From Alphaproteobacteria bacterium (lineage in GTDB: Bacteria > Pseudomonadota > Alphaproteobacteria > CALMVH01), in contig CBDAQZ010000004.1 of the NCBI GenBank assembly GCA_965199335.1, forward strand, positions 128,666 through 192,665: a stretch of DNA of 64,000 nt. The letters are read 5' to 3'. A model generated the notes under the pieces. The model worked only from the letters and a program-made list of their open reading frames with translations. It searched no databases and was not told where the DNA came from. This document shows positions 38,481-46,865 of the stretch, in pieces. Position 1 is the first letter of the stretch. Every line of letters begins with the position of its first letter. Both the position numbers and the translations under genes were made by a program.

Positions 38481-40282
38481 GCCGCGAACTCCTCCACCGG
38501 CACGTCCATCATCACCTTGCCGCCGGCCATCACCTGGCGGAAGCGCATCTCGGCCTCGGGCAGGATGCGGGCCATGAAGAATCGGGCGGTGCGCAGGCGC
38601 GAGTCGTAGAACGCGGCGCGGCCGCCGGCGCCCGGCATCTTCTCAGTCGCAACCTTGGCCATGCGCGCCCACATGTAGCCCATCGCCACCAGCGCGAACA
38701 GGCGCAGGTAATCGCTGGACGCCGCGCCCGCTTCGTCGGGATTGGCGAGGCCTTTCTGCGCGATCGTCACCGTCGCCTGCTGCAGCTTGCCGAACGCCTT
38801 GGCGACGGGGATGACGAATTCCTGCAGCGCCGGATCGGCGGCGTTTTCCTCCAGGAACTTTTGCACCGGATGGAAGAACCTTCGCAGCAGCCGGCCCATG
38901 TTCTGCGGCAGCTTGCGCCCGACCAGGTCCAGCGCCTGGATGCCGTTCGCGCCTTCGTAGATCTGCGTGATGCGGGCGTCGCGCACGAACTGCTCCATGC
39001 CCCATTCGTGGATGTAGCCGTGGCCGCCATAGATCTGCATGCCGAGATTGGCGGTGTCGAAACCGACATCGGTGAAATACGCCTTCAGGATCGGCGTCAT
39101 CAGCGAGACCAGCTCGTCCGCTTCCTCGCGCGCCTGTTTGGTTTCACCATGATGCGCGATGTCCAGCTGCATGCCGATCCACAGGCCCAGCGCGCGCGCG
39201 CCTTCGGTGAAGGCCTTCATGGTCAGCAGCATGCGCCTTATGTCGGGGTGGACAATCAGCGGATCGGCCGGCTTGTCGGGCGCCACCGCCCCCTTCAGCG
39301 CGCGTCCCTGCAGGCGGTCGTTGGCGTAGGTCAGTGCGTTCTGGTAGGCGGCCTCGGCCACGCCCAGTCCCTGCAACGCAACGCCCAGACGGGCGGCGTT
39401 CATCATCGTGAACATGGCGCGCATGCCCTTGTGCGGCGCGCCGACCAGCCAGCCGGTCGCATCGTCGAAATTGATGACGCAGGTCGGCGAGGCCTTGATC
39501 CCCATCTTGTGCTCGATCGAGCCGCAGCGTACGCCGTTGCGCGCGCCCACGGTCGCATCCCCGCCCTCGCCCACCGGCAGGAATTTCGGCACCACGAACA
39601 GGCTGATGCCGCGCGTGCCTTCCGGGGCGTCGGGCAGCTTCGCCAGCACCAGATGCACGATGTTGTCGGTCAGATCGTGTTCGCCGGCGGAGATGAATAT
39701 CTTCGATCCCGTGATGCGCACGCTGCCGTCGTCGTTGGGGATCGCCCTGGTGCGGATCAGCCCCAGGTCGGTGCCGCATTGCGATTCCGTCAGGCACATC
39801 GTGCCGCTCCACACGCCGCTGGAAAGCTTGGGCAGGTACAGCGCCTTCTGCTCGGGCGTGCCGTGCATCTCGATCGCGCGATACGCGCCTTGGCTAAGCC
39901 CTGCGAACATGCCGAACGCCATGTTGGCCCCGCTCATCAGCTCCTCGAACGCGGTGCCGATGACATGCGGTACACCCTGCCCGCCAAACTCGGGATCGGC
40001 CGTCAACCCCGCCCAGCCGCCCGCGCACATCGTGTCGTAGGCCTGCTTGAACCCCTTGGGCGTGGTGACCGTGCCGTTCTCGTAACGGCAGCCCTCGGTA
40101 TCGCCCGAAAGATTCAGCGGCGCCGCGACCTGCTCGCACAGTTTCCCCGCTTCCTCCAGCACGCTGTCGAGCGTTTCGGGGGTCATGTCCTCGAGGCCCG
40201 GAAGCTTCGAGATCTGGCCGACATCCAGAACCTCGTTCATGAGGAAGCGATAGTGATCGAGCGGGGCTTTGTAAGTGGGCAT
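38477..40282 (-). CDS. Long-chain acyl-CoA dehydrogenase (FadE-like, with C-terminal extension)
   Basis: 601 aa; ACAD N/M/C domains (GTMCLTESQCGTDLG, YGGHGYIHEWGMEQFVRDARITQIYEGANGIQ); the stop overlaps the upstream PLP gene end. Confidence 0.9.
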   Translation of the reverse strand: MPTYKAPLDHYRFLMNEVLDVGQISKLPGLEDMTPETLDSVLEEAGKLCEQVAAPLNLSGDTEGCRYENGTVTTPKGFKQAYDTMCAGGWAGLTADPEFGGQGVPHVIGTAFEELMSGANMAFGMFAGLSQGAYRAIEMHGTPEQKALYLPKLSSGVWSGTMCLTESQCGTDLGLIRTRAIPNDDGSVRITGSKIFISAGEHDLTDNIVHLVLAKLPDAPEGTRGISLFVVPKFLPVGEGGDATVGARNGVRCGSIEHKMGIKASPTCVINFDDATGWLVGAPHKGMRAMFTMMNAARLGVALQGLGVAEAAYQNALTYANDRLQGRALKGAVAPDKPADPLIVHPDIRRMLLTMKAFTEGARALGLWIGMQLDIAHHGETKQAREEADELVSLMTPILKAYFTDVGFDTANLGMQIYGGHGYIHEWGMEQFVRDARITQIYEGANGIQALDLVGRKLPQNMGRLLRRFFHPVQKFLEENAADPALQEFVIPVAKAFGKLQQATVTIAQKGLANPDEAGAASSDYLRLFALVAMGYMWARMAKVATEKMPGAGGRAAFYDSRLRTARFFMARILPEAEMRFRQVMAGGKVMMDVPVEEFAA

Positions 40283-40304
40283 GGGATTATCCTTCTAACA
40301 AACG

Positions 40305-40655
40305 GTCATCCCCGGCTTGACCCGGGATCTGTTTACGGCACAAACGAACTCATGTTCGTCTACATTATGGGCACCAAGCGGCGCGGCGTTCTTTACACCG
40401 GCGTGACGTCCGATATCATCAAGCGCGTCTATGAGCACAAGACCAAAATCATCGGCGGTTTTACCGCGCGGTACGGTTTGGACAGGCCGATCTATTTCGA
40501 GGAAATCGACGACCCCCTGACTGCGATCGCACGGAAGTTCGAATTGATCGAGGGACTTAATCCTGAGTGGGCCGATCTTTATCCGTCGCTGCTTGGATAA
40601 TTTTTGAAAGCTGTCAAAAGATCCCGGGTCTCCGCTGCGCTTTGCCCGGGATGAC
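40305..40655. mobile_element. Candidate miniature element: GIY-YIG nuclease gene bracketed by imperfect terminal inverted repeats (GTCATCCCCGGCTTGACCCGGGATC ... GATCCCGGGTCTCCGCTGCGCTTTGCCCGGGATGAC)
   Basis: Inverted repeats read directly on either side of the 40352..40600 ORF; inserted in the intergenic spacer of the beta-oxidation operon. Confidence 0.4.
40352..40600 (+). CDS. GIY-YIG nuclease family protein (YhbQ/UPF0213-like, 82 aa)
   Basis: MFVYIMGTKRRGVLYTGVTSDIIKRVYEHK matches the GIY-(x10)-YIG...R..EH core of small stand-alone GIY-YIG proteins. Confidence 0.75.
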   Translation: MFVYIMGTKRRGVLYTGVTSDIIKRVYEHKTKIIGGFTARYGLDRPIYFEEIDDPLTAIARKFELIEGLNPEWADLYPSLLG

Positions 40656-40680
40656 AATGGGAAAAATGAAATCTCCATCG

Positions 40681-43002
40681 TCAATTCCTCAACGGCTTGC
40701 CCGTATCCAGCATGTGCTCGATGCGGTTCAGCGTGCCGTCGTTCTTTACCAGCTTCAGGAACTCGCGGTGTTCCAGCGTCGTCAGATCGTCCTCGGTCAT
40801 CACCTTCGTGATGTCGGTGTCGCCGCCGCTCATCACGGTGGCGACGGCGTCCGCCACCACCACGTCGTAGGCGGTCGCGAGGCCCGATCCGCGGAAGCCC
40901 TGCACCGCCATGTCCAGTGCCAGCTTGGCCGTCGGTCCGGGAAGGCGGATTTCGGGGGGAACCGGTGGGTGATAGTCTTTCGCCAGTTCCAGCGCCTTCG
41001 CCTTCGCGTCTGCCAGCAGGCGGTCCTTGTTCATCGTGATCGCGTCGTTGTCGCGCAGGTATAGCAGCTCCTTCGCCTCGAACGCGGATTTCGACACCTT
41101 GGCGGTGCTGATCGTTTCGAACGCCGCCGCCAGGCCGGGCATCGGGCCGCCGGGGCGTTTCTTGTTCGCGGTGTGGCGCACGACCATTTCCTTGGTGCCG
41201 CCCCAGCCGGGCAGCAGGCCGACGCCGACCTCCACCAGCCCCATGTACAGCTCGGCATGCGCCTGGACATGGGCCGAGTGCAGCAGTATCTCGCAGCCGC
41301 CGCCCAGCGCCATGCCGGTCGGCGCGGACACCACCGGGAATGGCGCATATTTCAGCGCCTTGTAGGTCGCCTGCCCGCCACTCACCATTTCGTCGATCGC
41401 GGGGTAGAGACCGACATTGAGCGCGAACAGCGCCAAGCCCAGATTGGCACCGACGGAGAAATTCTCGCCCTCGTTATGCACCACGATCGCCTTCCAGGGT
41501 CCCTTGCCATCCCCGACGAGTTTCAGAGCGCCCTGCAGCATCTCCATGATCTGCGGGTCCATCGAATTCATCTTCGACGTGAACTCGACGCACACCACGC
41601 CGTCGCCGATATCCCACAGCGATGCCGACGCGTTCCTGGCCAGCGGCTTGGACGCGCGCTTGATGTCGGACAGAAGCAGCACGCCCGGCGCGCGTTTCAG
41701 GTCGCGGTATTCGCCGTCGATGCCAAGGTACTGCAGCCTGCCGTTTTCGGTGCGATAGAAAGGACGGCCCGCCGCCGTCTGCAACAAGGCCGGCACCGGA
41801 AGACCCTCGGCCTGCAGCTTCTGCGCGAACGCGGCGGAGCCCAGCTGGTCGATCAGTTCGAACGGGCCGTATTTCCAATTGTAGCCAAGGCGCATCGCCT
41901 CGTCGATTTCGGGTACGCTGTCCGCGATTTCGGGCACCAGGCCGGCGGCATAGCTCAGCGTGTCGCGCAGCACGGCCCAGGCGTATTTGTTGCCCGCGCC
42001 CGTACCGCCGACCAGCGCGGGCAGCTTGCCGCGATAGGCGTCCTTGTCCGGCTTGCGCTCGGCGCGGTATTCGCCGGTTTTCAGGTCGATGGTTTCCTTG
42101 CGCTTGTCCGCGCCATCGCGCACCAGGCGGTAGAAACCGCCCTTGCCCTTGCGCCCGGTCAGCCCTTCGGAAATCATGTTTCCGATCAGCGGAATGTCGC
42201 GGTAGACACTGCGATAGGCGTCCTTTTCCGGCAGCGTCATCAACAGGCTCTTGGCCAAATGCGGCATCAGGTCGATGCCGACCAGGTCGACCAGGCCGAA
42301 GATGCCGCTCTTGGGAATGCCCATCGGCTTGGACGCGATGGCGTCCGCTTCCTCGACATCCAGGCCGAGGTCGATGGCGTGGTTGATGCCCGCCTGAATC
42401 CACAGCGTGCCGATGCGGTTGGCGATAAAGCCCGGCGTGTCCTTGGCGCGCACCACGCCCTTGCCCAGCCGTATGTCGGCGAAGGCGGAAATCTCGTCGA
42501 CCGCCTCGCTTCGGGTGTCAACGCCCTTCACCACTTCCAGCAGCCGCATGTAGCGCGGCGGGTTGAAGAAGTGGGTGATCAGGAAATCCTTCCTGAACGC
42601 ATCGGACTGCCCCTGCACCAGGTACTGCAACGGGATGGTGGATGTGTTCGACGACACGAACGATCCCGGCTTGCGCACCGCGTCCAGCTTGGCGTACAGC
42701 GCCGACTTGATCTTGGGGTTCTCGATCACCGCCTCGATGATCCAGTCGACATCGCCCAGCTTGTCGAGATCGTCTTCCAGGTTGCCCGGGGTCACCAGCT
42801 TGGCCGCGCGCTTGTGCATGAACGGCGCGGGCTCGGTCTTCAGCAGCTTCTCGATCGCGCCCTTGGCGATGCGGCTGCGGTCGCCTTCCCCTTCCGGCAC
42901 GATGTCCAGCAGCAGGACGGGCACGCCGGCATTGGCGATATGGGCGGCGATCGCCGCGCCCATTACGCCGGCGCCGAGGACGGCGACTTTCTCGATGGCC
43001 AT
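40681..43002 (-). CDS. Fatty-acid oxidation multifunctional protein: N-terminal 3-hydroxyacyl-CoA dehydrogenase, C-terminal enoyl-CoA hydratase/isomerase
   Basis: ORF 40681..43050; likely start MAIEKVAVLGAGVMGAAIAAH (NAD Rossmann); crotonase-fold motifs in the C-terminal third (FSVGANLGLALF, EILLHS). Confidence 0.9.
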   Translation of the reverse strand: MAIEKVAVLGAGVMGAAIAAHIANAGVPVLLLDIVPEGEGDRSRIAKGAIEKLLKTEPAPFMHKRAAKLVTPGNLEDDLDKLGDVDWIIEAVIENPKIKSALYAKLDAVRKPGSFVSSNTSTIPLQYLVQGQSDAFRKDFLITHFFNPPRYMRLLEVVKGVDTRSEAVDEISAFADIRLGKGVVRAKDTPGFIANRIGTLWIQAGINHAIDLGLDVEEADAIASKPMGIPKSGIFGLVDLVGIDLMPHLAKSLLMTLPEKDAYRSVYRDIPLIGNMISEGLTGRKGKGGFYRLVRDGADKRKETIDLKTGEYRAERKPDKDAYRGKLPALVGGTGAGNKYAWAVLRDTLSYAAGLVPEIADSVPEIDEAMRLGYNWKYGPFELIDQLGSAAFAQKLQAEGLPVPALLQTAAGRPFYRTENGRLQYLGIDGEYRDLKRAPGVLLLSDIKRASKPLARNASASLWDIGDGVVCVEFTSKMNSMDPQIMEMLQGALKLVGDGKGPWKAIVVHNEGENFSVGANLGLALFALNVGLYPAIDEMVSGGQATYKALKYAPFPVVSAPTGMALGGGCEILLHSAHVQAHAELYMGLVEVGVGLLPGWGGTKEMVVRHTANKKRPGGPMPGLAAAFETISTAKVSKSAFEAKELLYLRDNDAITMNKDRLLADAKAKALELAKDYHPPVPPEIRLPGPTAKLALDMAVQGFRGSGLATAYDVVVADAVATVMSGGDTDITKVMTEDDLTTLEHREFLKLVKNDGTLNRIEHMLDTGKPLRN

Positions 43003-44141
43003 TATACCGCCTCCAGGATGGTGGAGATACCCATGCCGCCGCCGATACACATTGTCGCCAGCGCCAGATTCTTCTTTTCGCGCTGCAGGATGGCCGCGGC
43101 GTGGCCGACGACACGCGCGCCGCTGGCGCCCAGCGGGTGGCCCAGCGCGATGGCCCCGCCGTCGAGGTTCAGCTTCTCAGGCGGAATGTTCAAATCGCGC
43201 ACCACCGACAGCGACTGTGCGGCGAAGGCCTCGTTCAGCTCGACGATGTCGATGTCGTTCATCGTGACGCCGGCGCGCTTCATCGCCTTCTGCGTCGCCG
43301 GCACCGGGCCGATGCCCATGATGTCGGGCGCGCAGCCCGCGACCGCGATCGACTTGATCCGCGCCATGATGGTCAGGCCGTGGCTTCTGGCATACTCCTC
43401 CGACACGATCAGCGTCGCCGAGGCGCCATCGGTCAGCGGCGAGGAATTGCCCGCCGTCACCGTGCCGCCGTCCTGCTGGAAGGCCAGCTTCAATTCGCCC
43501 AGCTTCTCGATCGTGCTTTCGGGACGAATACAGCCGTCCTTGTCCACCACCCCGTCCGGCGTCGCGATCGGCACGATCTCGGCCGTGTAATGCCCGGCCA
43601 TCCACGCCCTGGCCGCCTTCTGGTGCGAGGCCAGCGCGAATTCGTCCTGCTCGCGCCGCCCGATCTGGTATTTCTTCGCCAGGTTCTCGGCGGTGTCGCC
43701 CATCGAGATGAAGGCCTGGATCGCCGGGTCCATCAGCTTGGGGTTCGGCATCGGGTTGAAGCCCCCCATCGGCACGCGCGTCATCGATTCGACACCCGCC
43801 GCGATGAAGGCATCGCCCGCGCCTGCCGCGATCGCGCCCACCGCCATGTGCACCGCCTGCATCGACGAGCCGCAGAAGCGGTTGACCGTCGTGCCCGCCA
43901 CGCCCAGCGGCAATTTCGCCAGCAGGCCGATCAGGCGGCCGACGTTGAAGCCCTGCTCGCCCTCGGGAAAGGCGCAGCCGACGATCAGGTCTTCAAGCGC
44001 CTGCGTGTCGACTTTGGTTTCATCGACCAGCGCGCGCACGACGGTCGCCGCCAGGTCGTCGGGCCTGACCCTGACCAGCGCGCCCTTGTTCGCGAAATGA
44101 AACGGCGAGCGCTTATAACCCGCGATGACAACGTTGCTCAT
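43002..44141 (-). CDS. fadA: Acetyl-CoA C-acyltransferase (3-ketoacyl-CoA thiolase)
   Basis: 379 aa; thiolase active-site regions (NRFCGSSMQAV, NEAFAAQ, GHPLGASGAR, CIGGGMG). Confidence 0.9.
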   Translation of the reverse strand: MSNVVIAGYKRSPFHFANKGALVRVRPDDLAATVVRALVDETKVDTQALEDLIVGCAFPEGEQGFNVGRLIGLLAKLPLGVAGTTVNRFCGSSMQAVHMAVGAIAAGAGDAFIAAGVESMTRVPMGGFNPMPNPKLMDPAIQAFISMGDTAENLAKKYQIGRREQDEFALASHQKAARAWMAGHYTAEIVPIATPDGVVDKDGCIRPESTIEKLGELKLAFQQDGGTVTAGNSSPLTDGASATLIVSEEYARSHGLTIMARIKSIAVAGCAPDIMGIGPVPATQKAMKRAGVTMNDIDIVELNEAFAAQSLSVVRDLNIPPEKLNLDGGAIALGHPLGASGARVVGHAAAILQREKKNLALATMCIGGGMGISTILEAV

Positions 44142-44557
44142 GGCTTTTCCTTCTGGTGCGATAGATGGGCGATAATCTCGCCTTCGATGGTTTGCAACTC
44201 GGCGATCGTCTGCTTGACGTCTTCCAGCTGCGTCTTCAATGCCGCGATGCGGCCGCGCGCATGGTCCAGCAGATAGCGCATCTGCTCGTGCTGGCCGGCA
44301 TCGACGTCGTAAAGGTTGAGGAATTCCTTGATCTCGGCGACGGAGAAACCCAGCCGCTTGCCGCGGCAGATCAGTTTCAGCCGGGCACGGTCCTGTTTCG
44401 TGAACAGCCGGTTCTGCCCGTCCCGGGAGGGGGCCAACAGGCCCTCGGCCTCGTAGAAGCGAATGGAACGCAGGGTCAGACCGAACTCCTCCGCCAACTC
44501 GCCGATGGTGAAGGTCCTGTCGTCCGCCGAAGCCGTATTGTCCGTAAGAGCCGACAT
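44138..44557 (-). CDS. MerR-family transcriptional regulator (likely regulator of the beta-oxidation operon)
   Basis: ORF 44138..44608; HTH FTIGELAEEFGLTLRSIRFYE; start M18 (or M1 at 44608) is uncertain; 4-nt overlap with the thiolase start. Confidence 0.8.
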   Translation of the reverse strand: MSALTDNTASADDRTFTIGELAEEFGLTLRSIRFYEAEGLLAPSRDGQNRLFTKQDRARLKLICRGKRLGFSVAEIKEFLNLYDVDAGQHEQMRYLLDHARGRIAALKTQLEDVKQTIAELQTIEGEIIAHLSHQKEKP

Positions 44558-45023
44558 GACTGTCTGCCTTCGTTTGACCTTACGTAAAGGTAAGCCTGTT
44601 TGAGACAAATGGCAAGGGTTGTTTGCAGGCTGCTGTATTGGACAAACACCGGCTTCGGGAATTCGGTTGAAAGAATCCCGGATAAGTTCTACAGTTCAGT
44701 ATTGGGATAAACGGAAGGCCTATCAATGAACCACGAACAAACGCCGGCAGCCCATTTCTGCCCCAACACCCCAGGCGTTATCGCCGCGCACGATCCCAGC
44801 GCTTACAGGCTGGTCGGCAGCACTCATGTAAAAGTCGAGGGTGCAACGGAAGCGCCAAAAGCGACGGCGCCCTATGTTGCCGTGGATTATGCGCCCATGG
44901 CATCCGTACCGGCTGGTGATCAAACAGCATGCACAAATCATCATCTCACGTAGATAACGCTATGGCTTTTTGCCATCTGTAACTCATCGGTTTCCGGGCT
45001 GAGCACATCTAAAAGCAGGGTCT

Positions 45024-46280
45024 TTATGGCTGTAGTTCTTGAATCACCGTATTCACGTGATCACAAGCAGATCTCATTCCACCATACCAAATTGCCAGCT
45101 TCCGATTAGGGTCCTTGGATTTCTCAAACTCGTTTTCTTGCTTGAGTTTCCCAACGGCATAAGGGATCGACTCTCCAAAAGCCGTCATGCTCGAAGGATT
45201 CGGACCAAACATATTTGTTATTCTTATTGCTGATGGTGACGACTCCAAAGGGTCACCGCTACCTACGGTAAGCTTGTTGTTGCACGCAAAGTCGATGCTG
45301 ACTACGGGGCGAGGACGATTCTGCTGGAATCGAGTGAATGCACTTCGTACATGCGTATCTACGAAGCTGAAACCAAGAACCAGTAAGGCATCAGCTTTTT
45401 CGACGAGATAATCCAGTCTTGAGTAGTAAGTTCGGAAGGGAACTTGTTGAAGGGCATATGGTTTGCCATACCCAGCAATGATTGTGGAATTAGGGAAAAT
45501 ATATCCTTCTGGTGTTTGAAAACTCATTCGCCCGATAGATTTGGGCGGCGTCCGTTCTAGAGAAGGGTTCCATGAAATAGTTCGTGGAAAATCTAAGTCA
45601 AAATAAACAGACCCATGTAAGTGTAGAAAGCTACTGAACTCCGTGTCTAATAAGAGCCGGCGGGGTACGAACTCGCCAGCCTCATTAAAGCCGGTTTCCA
45701 TATCAGAACACAAGTCGAAGAGGACATTATCGTAATTCGTCGTTATAACCGACACATCGAATTGCAATCTCACCTCTTCAATGAATTTTTTGAGCGCGGT
45801 TACATCACGGTCTAGCTTGCATTCTTGAAAAAATCGCCGAACCAGAAAATCAATTATCCAATCGGAAATAAGTATAAGTTTATTCCTATCTGGCTTACGT
45901 GAACCGTCTTTGATTTTCATTTCCGGTAATTCGGAGAGTGTAACCAAACTGCCCAAGCCATTGGTGAATATTCCGGCCGGAAACATACCGATAAGCTGAT
46001 ATAGCGTGCCTAATACATTCTCGAAATTGATGCCATCAAATGGCCTTGGATGATATGCTTCTATGTGCTTCGAAATACGATCACGCATCCAGTCATATAA
46101 ATTTCCATTTTCATGCGCGAATGGAAAAGCTTCTTTGGAATAGTCTGAAATCCAATTACCAACTGTCGTTGTTGACGGCATACCGAACGGTACCGTTGCA
46201 CCAGCTCCAGCTATTATAAGAAGCTTTTTTCTATCCATACTATGCTCAAACATCGAGGCGATCACCAGAGTGCCACGCAA
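45024..46280 (-). CDS. SIR2-family (SIR2_2-type) protein, candidate defence NADase
   Basis: 418 aa (404 if started at MDRKKLLII); LLIIAGAGATVPFGMPS, ITTNYDNVLFD, HLHGS and LLVLGFSFVDTHV match the defence-associated SIR2 domain; low-GC gene (about 40-45%) in a 62% GC genome. Confidence 0.65.
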   Translation of the reverse strand: MRGTLVIASMFEHSMDRKKLLIIAGAGATVPFGMPSTTTVGNWISDYSKEAFPFAHENGNLYDWMRDRISKHIEAYHPRPFDGINFENVLGTLYQLIGMFPAGIFTNGLGSLVTLSELPEMKIKDGSRKPDRNKLILISDWIIDFLVRRFFQECKLDRDVTALKKFIEEVRLQFDVSVITTNYDNVLFDLCSDMETGFNEAGEFVPRRLLLDTEFSSFLHLHGSVYFDLDFPRTISWNPSLERTPPKSIGRMSFQTPEGYIFPNSTIIAGYGKPYALQQVPFRTYYSRLDYLVEKADALLVLGFSFVDTHVRSAFTRFQQNRPRPVVSIDFACNNKLTVGSGDPLESSPSAIRITNMFGPNPSSMTAFGESIPYAVGKLKQENEFEKSKDPNRKLAIWYGGMRSACDHVNTVIQELQP

Positions 46281-46353
46281 TCAGCCGATGTTAAATAGAC
46301 TTTGCGCTAAGTCTCAATCTACAAGACGTGATTAGTGCATACTTATAATGACT

Positions 46354-46776
46354 CTATTCGGACCCGAAAGCGAACCCTGCGTTCTGCAGCTGCCTGATGC
46401 TGTTGCCGACGACCGCGCGCTGCAACTCATTCAACTGTGATTTGCCAGGATCATAAGCCACTTCAAGGGCTTGTTCCGTCTGCTTCCAGGTTGGTCCATC
46501 GACATATTGTGGACCCATGATACTCAACTGGGTCGCATCGTTGGCTATCTGATCGACCAGGGTATCATTTGGATTCGAATAACTTGCAGGATCAGGATTC
46601 TGGATGGCGGCAACAGTCTCTTGAATTTGAACCGCATCGCGTTTTGAGTCTGCGGCCAAGGTTTTCTTTGCGTTCTTCTGACCTGCCGATTCCCATGGTG
46701 CGGCTTCATATAGGGAAGCTGCACTAATAGCTAGAATTGTGGTCAGCAATATCTGTGAACTACGTGATTTGAACAT
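46354..46776 (-). CDS. Hypothetical secreted protein (140 aa), co-oriented immediately upstream of the SIR2-like gene
   Basis: N-terminal signal peptide (LLTTILAISAASLYEAAP); low GC; no family recognised. Confidence 0.5.
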   Translation of the reverse strand: MFKSRSSQILLTTILAISAASLYEAAPWESAGQKNAKKTLAADSKRDAVQIQETVAAIQNPDPASYSNPNDTLVDQIANDATQLSIMGPQYVDGPTWKQTEQALEVAYDPGKSQLNELQRAVVGNSIRQLQNAGFAFGSE

Positions 46777-46865
46777 GATTTTCCTCCCAAATTGGTTGAA
46801 AATATCACATCTTATTCTGCAATCAAATAAAAAGTTTTATAAAATGTTAATATTAAACATTTCCA

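Noticed and set aside
44726-44953. 75-aa ORF upstream of the AT-rich SIR2 island
   Set aside because: No RBS, no motif, and it lies in the promoter/leader region of the MerR-thiolase operon; insufficient support.
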